Virus record (IMG/VR): IMGVR_UViG_3300030376_000208
Coordinates: 1-31,829 of that record
DNA: 31,829 nt
Strand: one strand, 5' to 3'
Origin: a virus
Taxonomy: Duplodnaviria; Caudoviricetes
Part shown: positions 25,283-31,829 of the stretch, piece after piece
How positions within the stretch are numbered: the first letter of the stretch is position 1
Layout: the number at the start of each line of letters is the position of its first letter
The notes under the pieces: generated by a model
The model's database searches: none
The model's input: only the letters and a program-made list of their open reading frames with translations
What the model was told of the DNA's origin: nothing
Program-made: the position numbers and the translations under genes

Positions 25283-26824
25283 ATGGCTATAAAAGTAGGT
25301 GGCACAGAGGTTGTAGATAACAACCGACAGCTTAAGAACATAGCGAGTGTAGATGCTACAACGGTGGCTGCACTTGGAACGGCTGGCGTTGGAGGCGGTG
25401 GTGGAGCAGTAGACTTTACTGCATCAGGTAGCTTATCAAATGGTGACCTTGTGAAGCTTAACTCAAATGGTACGGTAAGTGTTGTTGCTGGTGGTGGTGC
25501 AGGTTCGGAATTTACCTTTAACAGTGGTAATTCTTCAGAAAATACAGCTACCTTTGACAGCAACTCTAATAAAATAGTTATAGTTTATAAAGACGGAGGA
25601 AACTCAAACTATGGTACAGCAGTTGTCGGAACTGTAAGCGGTAGTTCAATTAGTTTTGGTTCGGAAGTAGTATTTCATAGTGGTGGTGTTGATCAACTTG
25701 GTTGTACTTTTGACAGCAACTTGAATAAAGTAGTTATATTTTATTTAGATACATCTGCCTATCATGGAAAAGCAGTTGTAGGCACAGTAAGCGGAACATC
25801 TATTAGTTTCGGAACCCCTGTAGTTTTTAAAAATAACTACAGTTATATTTCTAAAAATTGTGCTACCTTTGACAGTAATTCTAATAAAGTCGTACTAGTT
25901 TTTGGCGACAACATTAGTAACCAAGGTTACGCAACAGCCCTAGTAGGTACAGTAAGTGGCACATCAATAAGTTTTGGTAGTGCTACGGTATTTACAAGTC
26001 ATAATGTAACCACTCAGTATGGGGTTACTTTTGACAGTAACTCCAATAAAGTAGTTGTGGCTTATAAGGGGTCACCAAACAATAATTATGACGGAACAGC
26101 AGTTGTAGGCACAGTAAGTGGTACAAGTATTAGTTTTGGTAGTGCTGTAGTATTTAATTCGGGTCAGACAAACTATTCACGTTGTACTTTTGACAGCAAC
26201 TCTAATAAAGTTGTTATAGCTTATGAAGACTATGATAATGGTCAAATAGGTGAAGCAGTTGTAGGAACAGTGTCTGGTACAAGTATATCATTTGGAACGC
26301 CAGTAGCATTTCAAGACACTGGCGGAAAAATTGGAGGTTTTATTTCTCTGGTTTTTGATAGTGACTCAAATCAAATAATTATTGTTTATCAGGATAATAC
26401 TAACAGCCCTAGCATTTTAAGCATTGTTGTGGGTAGTGTAAATGGAACTTCTCTCAATTTTAAACCTTTTTCTGTGTTAGACACCCTAGGTCACGAACAA
26501 GTGGGAATGACCTTTGATAGCAACGCTAACAGGGCTGTAGTTTTATGGTCAAAGCAAAGTAATATGTATGGAACAGCCGCAACATTTAAACCAACAGACG
26601 TTTCTGAATGGATTGGTTTTGCATCAGCGGCTGTATCAAACGGTGCAACAGCTACTATTAATGTAGTCAGTAGTATTAACGAAGGGCAGTCTGGTCTTAC
26701 GGTAGGTTCTAAATACTATTTACCAGACAGCGGCACACTAACGACAACCGCTATTTCTGGTCGTGAAGTTGGTTTTGCTACCGCAGCTACCAAACTGCTT
26801 ATTACTCAAGGGAGTGTATCATAA
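25283..26824 (+). CDS. Fibre/receptor-binding protein with seven ~48-50 aa repeats (probable beta-propeller)
   Basis: Seven FDS[ND]xN units, most followed by VVGTVSGTSISFG. Confidence 0.75.
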   Translation: MAIKVGGTEVVDNNRQLKNIASVDATTVAALGTAGVGGGGGAVDFTASGSLSNGDLVKLNSNGTVSVVAGGGAGSEFTFNSGNSSENTATFDSNSNKIVIVYKDGGNSNYGTAVVGTVSGSSISFGSEVVFHSGGVDQLGCTFDSNLNKVVIFYLDTSAYHGKAVVGTVSGTSISFGTPVVFKNNYSYISKNCATFDSNSNKVVLVFGDNISNQGYATALVGTVSGTSISFGSATVFTSHNVTTQYGVTFDSNSNKVVVAYKGSPNNNYDGTAVVGTVSGTSISFGSAVVFNSGQTNYSRCTFDSNSNKVVIAYEDYDNGQIGEAVVGTVSGTSISFGTPVAFQDTGGKIGGFISLVFDSDSNQIIIVYQDNTNSPSILSIVVGSVNGTSLNFKPFSVLDTLGHEQVGMTFDSNANRAVVLWSKQSNMYGTAATFKPTDVSEWIGFASAAVSNGATATINVVSSINEGQSGLTVGSKYYLPDSGTLTTTAISGREVGFATAATKLLITQGSVS

Positions 26825-27870
26825 TGACAAAAGCAAGAGACTTAGCAGACTTAATATCAACAGGTAATCCTCTCGCTGATGGTGCAATAGCAGTTGCAGA
26901 AGTAACTGGTGCAGCTCCACTGGCAAGCCCTACGTTTACTGGCACTGCTACTGCACCTACAATCAATGCTTCTACTGCTTTGCAAATAGGTGGTGTTGCA
27001 ATTACTTCAACAGCAGCTGAGCTAAACAAGATGGACGGTGTAACTGTTGGTGCTTCTGATATTAATACAGTTACTGCAAAAGCACCTTCAGCAAGCCCTA
27101 CGTTTACTGGCGATGTTACACTGCCAGATAAGATTGTGCATACTGGCGATACCAATACCGCTATCCGTTTTCCAGCCGATGATACAGTAGCTTTTGAAAC
27201 TGGTGGTAGTGAACGTTTTAGGTTTGCTTCGGCTGGTCAGTTAGGAATTGCTGGTGCTAACTACGGTACATCAGGGCAAGTATTACAGTCAGGTGGTGCA
27301 AGTGGTGCAGCTTCTTGGGCTGATGCTGGGGGCGGTGCTCACGAAATAATATCAACGGTTACACTTAATAATACTTCAAATGTCCAGTTTACAGGTTTAG
27401 GGACAGGAAGTTATATTATTTATCTATACAATGTTATGACATCTTCAAATGCAAAAATAGAGATGTTTATATTTGATGCTGCTACAGGTAATCAGATTAA
27501 TAGTTGTGCTGGTCAAATAGGTAGAGCTGCGTACAGTTTAACAGATACTGGTGGAGTTACTTCACGCCAAGCAAATAATAACGCTGTAGTTATAAATGAG
27601 TCTAGAAATCAAATAGGTGGTTCAGAATTTGGTGTAACTGCTACAATAGAAATATCTGGTTTTGATGACACCAATCAAGAGGTACAAGGATTTTACCGTT
27701 CATTGGCAATCGGTGGTAGAGCCTATAATGATGCTAATGGCGTAGCTTTTGATAGCTGTGGCTTTGCTTATAGAACAGCTATAACTGGTGTAAAATCAGA
27801 TAAGCTTAAGCTTGAACCAACATCAGGAAATTTAAAAAGTGGCAAAATAGTTTTAGTCAAAAAACCATAG
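26824..27870 (+). CDS. Additional tail fibre protein
   Basis: MTKARDLADL N-terminus, ASPTFTG twice, HTGDTNTAIRFP and GTSGQVLQSGG fibre modules, then a C-terminal head domain. Confidence 0.75.
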   Translation: MTKARDLADLISTGNPLADGAIAVAEVTGAAPLASPTFTGTATAPTINASTALQIGGVAITSTAAELNKMDGVTVGASDINTVTAKAPSASPTFTGDVTLPDKIVHTGDTNTAIRFPADDTVAFETGGSERFRFASAGQLGIAGANYGTSGQVLQSGGASGAASWADAGGGAHEIISTVTLNNTSNVQFTGLGTGSYIIYLYNVMTSSNAKIEMFIFDAATGNQINSCAGQIGRAAYSLTDTGGVTSRQANNNAVVINESRNQIGGSEFGVTATIEISGFDDTNQEVQGFYRSLAIGGRAYNDANGVAFDSCGFAYRTAITGVKSDKLKLEPTSGNLKSGKIVLVKKP

Positions 27871-27880
27871 GGATGTAGGT

Positions 27881-28165
27881 ATGAAAAAAATTGTAGATGG
27901 TATAGAAATAAATTTATCAGATGCAGAGATTGCAGAAAAACAAGCTCGTGATAAGGCATGGGCTGATGGCGCTAATGATAGATTAGCAGACGAATATAGA
28001 GCCACTCGCAACGCTCTACTAGCGGCATCCGATTGGACACAAGCTAACGACAGCCCATTGGCTAACGATAAAAAGATAGAATGGGCAACGTATAGGACTG
28101 CGTTGCGTGACTTGCCGTCTAGTTCTGATTGGCCTGACGTAACATTTCCAACAGAACCTAGTTAA
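27881..28165 (+). CDS. Tail fibre assembly chaperone
   Basis: RNALLAASDWTQ...WATYRTALRDLP...FPTEP. Confidence 0.85.
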   Translation: MKKIVDGIEINLSDAEIAEKQARDKAWADGANDRLADEYRATRNALLAASDWTQANDSPLANDKKIEWATYRTALRDLPSSSDWPDVTFPTEPS

Positions 28166-28170
28166 ATGTA

Positions 28171-28647
28171 ATGGACCCAGTTAGTTGCGTTGCTCTAGCG
28201 ACAGGAAGCTTTAAGGCTCTCAAAGCAGCGATTGGAGCAGGGAAAGATTTTCAAGAAATGACAGGGCAGCTTTCGCAATGGGGCAAAGCTTTCTCAGACT
28301 TTACTAATCTAGAAGAAAGAGAAAAAAATCCTCCGTTCTGGAAGAAAACATTTAAAGGTTCTGATGAAGAAACAGCTTTAGAAATCTTTGCACATAAAAA
28401 GAAAATGGAACAAATGAGAAATGAAATCAAAGATCATATCTCTTGGACATATGGACCTAGTGCATGGAAAGAGGTATTACAGATAGAAGCGCAAATGCGT
28501 AGAAAAAGAAAGCAAGAGCTATACAAAAAGCAGGAACAGATAGATGCAATTATTAACTTTGGTATTGGTTTCATTATTTTTGTTATCGGTGGTGGTATCT
28601 TGTTCTGCGTTTTCTATTACCTTGGTAAATGGCAAGGTCGGTGGTGA
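28171..28647 (+). CDS. Hypothetical protein with a C-terminal transmembrane helix
   Basis: MDPVS N-terminus and hydrophobic IINFGIGFIIFVIGGGILFCVFYYL segment. Confidence 0.8.
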   Translation: MDPVSCVALATGSFKALKAAIGAGKDFQEMTGQLSQWGKAFSDFTNLEEREKNPPFWKKTFKGSDEETALEIFAHKKKMEQMRNEIKDHISWTYGPSAWKEVLQIEAQMRRKRKQELYKKQEQIDAIINFGIGFIIFVIGGGILFCVFYYLGKWQGRW

Positions 28648-28808
28648 TGTGGGTACTTCTTTGGCTGCAAGTAATTAGCGGAACATTCGATCACTACCAT
28701 ATCTCTAGTCATTCAAGTGAAGAGGCATGCAAAGAAGGATTAAAAGAAGCTAAAGTTTTAGTTACAAATACAAATAGCAAAGTGGTCTGTATAAAAATTG
28801 AACGGTGA
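28647..28808 (+). CDS. Small possibly exported 53-aa protein with two Cys
   Basis: MWVLLWLQVISGTFDHYHISSHSSEEACKEGLKEAKVLVTNTNSKVVCIKIER. TGATG coupling. Not in the ORF track. Confidence 0.65.
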   Translation: MWVLLWLQVISGTFDHYHISSHSSEEACKEGLKEAKVLVTNTNSKVVCIKIER

Positions 28809-28933
28809 CAATTACAGAATGGAAGGGAAGATACATAATCTATGACAATAAGGGTTATGTAATAATTATAACTAGGGACAAGCGAGTAGCTTACAAATAC
28901 GCAAGGAAATATTATGGTAGCAATCACAGCTAA
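28805..28933 (+). CDS. Hypothetical 42-aa protein
   Basis: GTGA overlap. Translation (M)TITEWKGRYIIYDNKGYVIIITRDKRVAYKYARKYYGSNHS. Confidence 0.5.
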   Translation: MTITEWKGRYIIYDNKGYVIIITRDKRVAYKYARKYYGSNHS

Positions 28934-29168
28934 TTATTTAGATGAACTAAAGATCTTACCGCGCCTGGCATTTTTATGTCAGATTATTTTAACTTGGAAA
29001 GTATGTCTTTGGTTTATGACATTAGAAGATCCAACCACGCAACAGTCTGCATTTGTATCTTTAGTTACTGCTATGCTTTCTGCGTCTTTTGCGTTATGGT
29101 TAGGCAAGGAAGCAAAGACAGATAGAGGTGGACACTATGCTCCAGACACTAATAGGTCCGATAACTGA
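28914..29168 (+). CDS. Two-TM membrane protein, holin/antiholin candidate
   Basis: Two hydrophobic helices around WFMTLEDPTTQQSAFVS, in the lysis region. Confidence 0.6.
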   Translation: MVAITANYLDELKILPRLAFLCQIILTWKVCLWFMTLEDPTTQQSAFVSLVTAMLSASFALWLGKEAKTDRGGHYAPDTNRSDN

Positions 29169-29523
29169 ACTAGCAGGAGGTTGGTTAAATGCCAAAACCC
29201 AAGCCCAACAAGCAAACGCAAAACTCAAACTCACCGAAGCCGAAGCCAAAGCCAAAATCCTCGTCTCCAAAGAAACCTCAGTCCAAGACTGGGAAAGGAT
29301 TATGGCACAAGGTTCTCAGTCTTCTTGGAAGGACGAGTGGTTAGTTTTATTATTCTCAATTCCATTGATCCTAGTGTTCACAGGTGAGTGGGGTCGCACA
29401 GTCGTTGCAGAGGGGTTCACAGCACTGGAACAGATGCCTGAGTGGTATCAGTATACTTTAGGCGTTATCGTAGCCAGTAGCTTTGCTGTGCGCTCTGCGA
29501 CAAAGTTCTTTAAGAAAGGTTAA
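29137..29523 (+). CDS. Holin-like protein (3TM holin type)
   Basis: SWKDEW, MPEWYQY and ASSFAVR motifs, directly upstream of the endolysin. Start reassigned to ATG 29137. Confidence 0.65.
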   Translation: MLQTLIGPITELAGGWLNAKTQAQQANAKLKLTEAEAKAKILVSKETSVQDWERIMAQGSQSSWKDEWLVLLFSIPLILVFTGEWGRTVVAEGFTALEQMPEWYQYTLGVIVASSFAVRSATKFFKKG

Positions 29524-29525
29524 TT

Positions 29526-30014
29526 ATGGCATTTAAATTATCAGACAGATCAATGAGCAAACTTAGAGGTGTGCATCCTGATTTGGTTAAGGTTGTAACT
29601 ACAGCTATAACTCTAACTGATGTAGACTTTGGTTGTATCTGTGGTTTGCGTACCGAAGAAGAACAGAAAGAACTTGTGGCTAAAGGTGCAAGTAAAACTA
29701 TGAACAGCTTTCATCGAAGGCAGGTAGATGGATTCTCTCATGCTGTTGATCTTATGGCTTACGTTGGTTCTCGAGCAAGTTGGGAAGAAACACTTTACGA
29801 TAACATAGCTGATGCAATGAAAAAGGCAGGGGATCAGCATGGTGTTAGTGTAACTTGGGGTGGTGCTTGGCAAGCAAGTCCAGACGTTCGATGGTTAAAC
29901 ATGAGAGATTGGCAAGGCACAATGGAAGAAGCATCATTAGCTTACATTGATCTTAGACGTAGCCAAGGGAAGCGTCCGTTTTATGACGGTCCTCACTTCG
30001 AGTTGACTAGATAA
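29526..30014 (+). CDS. Endolysin, peptidase M15 family (L-Ala-D-Glu peptidase-like)
   Basis: GVHPDL, GLRTEEEQ, SKTMNSFH, AVDL, WGGAW and DGPHFEL. Confidence 0.92.
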   Translation: MAFKLSDRSMSKLRGVHPDLVKVVTTAITLTDVDFGCICGLRTEEEQKELVAKGASKTMNSFHRRQVDGFSHAVDLMAYVGSRASWEETLYDNIADAMKKAGDQHGVSVTWGGAWQASPDVRWLNMRDWQGTMEEASLAYIDLRRSQGKRPFYDGPHFELTR

Positions 30015-30116
30015 ATTTTTTTCCCAAGGAGGCTTTGATAAACTAATCTTGCTTTTGTCTTGCACAGACATCTTGCGTTTATACCCTAGCCATTCTTTAT
30101 CTTTCTTAGTCCACAT
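29937..30116 (-). CDS. Possible 59-aa protein overlapping the endolysin 3' end
   Basis: MWTKKDKEWLGYKRKMSVQDKSKISLSKPPWEK..., with its start overlapping the end of 30106..30357. Confidence 0.35.
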   Translation of the reverse strand: MWTKKDKEWLGYKRKMSVQDKSKISLSKPPWEKNLSSQLEVRTVIKRTLPLATSKINVS

Positions 30117-30357
30117 CTGGTCTTACCTTTGGCTTTACATCAGGCTGCTGAACTCCTGACATAAATGGTGTTTTTTTACAGTACATCATAATTTCTTTTC
30201 CGTAAGTATCAGCCAGTATATCATACAAATTATCTAATACACCATCACCCATAGCATCATAACATTCTTGTTCGCTTGGGAATATAATACTGGTTGCTAC
30301 TTCTTGATCCTCAACAACGTACTCAATAACGAGTAGTGTGTAGAATAATTTTAACAT
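30106..30357 (-). CDS. Hypothetical protein with a hydrophobic N-terminus and two Cys
   Basis: 83-aa ORF co-oriented with the early genes. Confidence 0.7.
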   Translation of the reverse strand: MLKLFYTLLVIEYVVEDQEVATSIIFPSEQECYDAMGDGVLDNLYDILADTYGKEIMMYCKKTPFMSGVQQPDVKPKVRPDVD

Positions 30358-30380
30358 TGTTTATCTTTCTTGCTTTGATT

Positions 30381-30419
30381 AAAATAGTAAAGAGGACAGG
30401 TTATACTGCCCCTGTCCTC
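30381..30419 (-). terminator. Rho-independent terminator
   Basis: GAGGACAGG/CCTGTCCTC 9-bp stem (30392-30419), followed on the minus strand by TTTACTATTTT. Confidence 0.7.
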
Positions 30420-30423
30420 ACGA

Positions 30424-30612
30424 TTAAATATGATAGCCTAGTTTTCTTAGCTTAGAAACAAAAAGCGTTAGATCTTCTCTTGCATGAAAGTGTTTTATCT
30501 CTGCGTTTTTATCTTTATCAGATTTAAATCTTTCTTCAGACCATCTTCTTTCTTGTTGCTTTAGATACTTGAGTTCAAACTGTTGAGCAGGAGATAGCTG
30601 TTTTCTTGTCAT
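30424..30612 (-). CDS. Hypothetical protein
   Basis: Start reassigned to ATG 30612 (GGAGG RBS). Confidence 0.7.
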   Translation of the reverse strand: MTRKQLSPAQQFELKYLKQQERRWSEERFKSDKDKNAEIKHFHAREDLTLFVSKLRKLGYHI

Positions 30613-30808
30613 TGTTATACCTCCTTGCAAACTGAATGTTATATCGCCAAGCTTCTGTTCTTAGCTGCCCCATGTCAATGTCAATCATCCGAGAAGCCTC
30701 AGTAATTGTAAGGTTAGCTTTGGCACAAGTTTCTATTAACCTCCGTTTCTCTTCCTTGTGCCGCTTTCTTAACTCAGGCCATGTTTCTTTAGAACGGTAT
30801 TTTGTCAT
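30575..30808 (-). CDS. Small HTH-like DNA-binding protein
   Basis: LTITEASRMIDIDMGQLRTEAWRYNI resembles a Fis-type HTH. GGAGA RBS before ATG 30808. Confidence 0.55.
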   Translation of the reverse strand: MTKYRSKETWPELRKRHKEEKRRLIETCAKANLTITEASRMIDIDMGQLRTEAWRYNIQFARRYNNDKKTAISCSTV

Positions 30809-31310
30809 CTTTATCTCCACCAATACTTGGCGTTACTTGAAAAGAAATCATTTTATTACCGTTGTGTTCTTTGCGCCAACCTGCCATTCGCATTTTATCT
30901 TTAGTCTCAGTCATTGTGTAATCATCCAATGGCCCAGAGTAATTTGGTTTACCATCAGATGCTTCTGTATCTTCAAACATAATTGAACATCGTTGATATA
31001 CTTCAATAATATTTTTGCCATTCTTGGTTGTACCTGCCATCATTACAATCTTGCGTTCATTGCCTTGCAGATCCATTTTGCCAGAGAGAATAAACTTCTG
31101 ATCTGGATATGGTGCAAACCCTGCACCTTTATTTCTGTTGTCGTATTCTGCCATTTTTTTGGCTCCTGTATTATAATGTTTTTGTGCTGCTACTAATCTT
31201 GCGTGGTGACTTCGAGACTTGTCTTTTCTGTGACCACAAGATTCCCCTGCCTTAGCTGCACACTTTGGGCAGGGTACTTGTTGAACCATTTCTTTGGTAG
31301 TAATTACCAA
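30789..31310 (-). CDS. Single-stranded DNA-binding protein with an in-frame N-terminal zinc finger (internal start at 31154)
   Basis: Acidic DKDDKIPF tail and KPNYSG / AGW motifs, next to the annealase. N-terminal CPKC..C..H segment. Confidence 0.7.
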   Translation of the reverse strand: MVITTKEMVQQVPCPKCAAKAGESCGHRKDKSRSHHARLVAAQKHYNTGAKKMAEYDNRNKGAGFAPYPDQKFILSGKMDLQGNERKIVMMAGTTKNGKNIIEVYQRCSIMFEDTEASDGKPNYSGPLDDYTMTETKDKMRMAGWRKEHNGNKMISFQVTPSIGGDKDDKIPF

Positions 31311-31756
31311 TCAGGTTTGTCCTTGTCGGTGTACTTGTTACCATCGAACTCCCCAAGAAATACATCAGCATTAAAACCTAAGTGTGATAGTGCTTTAGTT
31401 AGCCCATCAGTCATAGCTTTCTTTGGCGCATCTTCATCTACTTTGCCATTACGCATAAGAGACTTACAGCCAGAGACAGGACCGAATACATTGTTTGGTG
31501 ATCCACTATGCCATACACTTACATTAGCTATAACAACTGTATCATCTGGCGATAGGTTGTGAATAATTGTATCTACAGAATAACCCCATCCCCCACCTAC
31601 TGGACCAAACTTTTGAGTCATTGCTTTGATTTGATAATGTGCATCAATAGCAGTAAACTTTCTTTGACCATAACTTACATCTTTAAGATATTTTTTATCA
31701 GAGGTTGATACCTCATTCCATAATTCTAGATTAAACTTTTCTGTTTCTTTATTCAT
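31304..31756 (-). CDS. Sak/Rad52-like single-strand annealing protein
   Basis: IDAHYQIKAMTQKFGPVGGGWG and DEDAPKKAMTDGLTKALSHLGFNADVFLG. Confidence 0.8.
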   Translation of the reverse strand: MNKETEKFNLELWNEVSTSDKKYLKDVSYGQRKFTAIDAHYQIKAMTQKFGPVGGGWGYSVDTIIHNLSPDDTVVIANVSVWHSGSPNNVFGPVSGCKSLMRNGKVDEDAPKKAMTDGLTKALSHLGFNADVFLGEFDGNKYTDKDKPDW

Positions 31757-31829
31757 GCTTTGCTCCTTACATTGATGCGAAGTGATCCACGTTTGTCTCT
31801 CTTCACAGTTAATTGGTCACAATAAACCT
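31753..31829 (-). CDS. C-terminus of an upstream gene, probably a YqaJ-like recombination exonuclease (partial)
   Basis: ...VYCDQLTVKRDKRGSLRINVRSKA*, ATGA-coupled to the annealase. The exonuclease call rests on exo-annealase-SSB synteny. Confidence 0.5.
   Translation of the reverse strand, partial: VYCDQLTVKRDKRGSLRINVRSKA

Noticed and set aside
25550-26530. CRISPR-like periodic repeats
   Set aside because: Degenerate in-frame ~145-150 nt coding repeats inside one ORF, with no repeat-spacer structure and no cas genes.
22952-27870. Diversity-generating retroelement, suggested by the BPP-1-like head genes
   Set aside because: No RT gene and no TR/VR pair differing only at adenines. The repeats are internal protein repeats.
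1-31829. Alternative genetic code, prophage boundaries or host genes
   Set aside because: Genes are full length and tightly packed in the standard code. No integrase, att-like site or cellular housekeeping gene was recognised.

Overview
This window is most of an AT-rich, probably marine, tailed-phage genome with podovirus architecture. It has a T7-like short tail and ejection-protein module and a BPP-1/HTVC010P-style terminase-portal-scaffold-capsid block. The + strand (4254-30014) is the late region: terS, a cluster of very basic microproteins, terL, a GNAT, a gp7.3-like protein, portal, scaffold, capsid, tail tube A/B, three internal virion proteins, three fibre genes, a fibre chaperone, holins and an M15 endolysin. 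Both ends of the window carry minus-strand early genes: a lambdoid-type replication initiator with an internal origin (missed by the ORF track), a resolvase, HTH regulators, DUF932, a Sak/Rad52-like annealase, an SSB and an exonuclease tail. No DNA polymerase, RNA polymerase, integrase, reverse transcriptase, tRNA or CRISPR array is visible. The most notable signals are: (1) a ~205-nt multi-branched, potentially bistable fold at the early/late divergence, directly upstream of a self-contained 133-aa gene; (2) a TTGTGCGTTG motif heading four late gene blocks; (3) a candidate antisense RNA plus leader peptide controlling the initiator; (4) a lysine-rich microprotein cluster next to an acetyltransferase; (5) an HEXXH peptidase domain inserted in the largest ejection protein. 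All family calls come from motif recognition by eye, not database searches.
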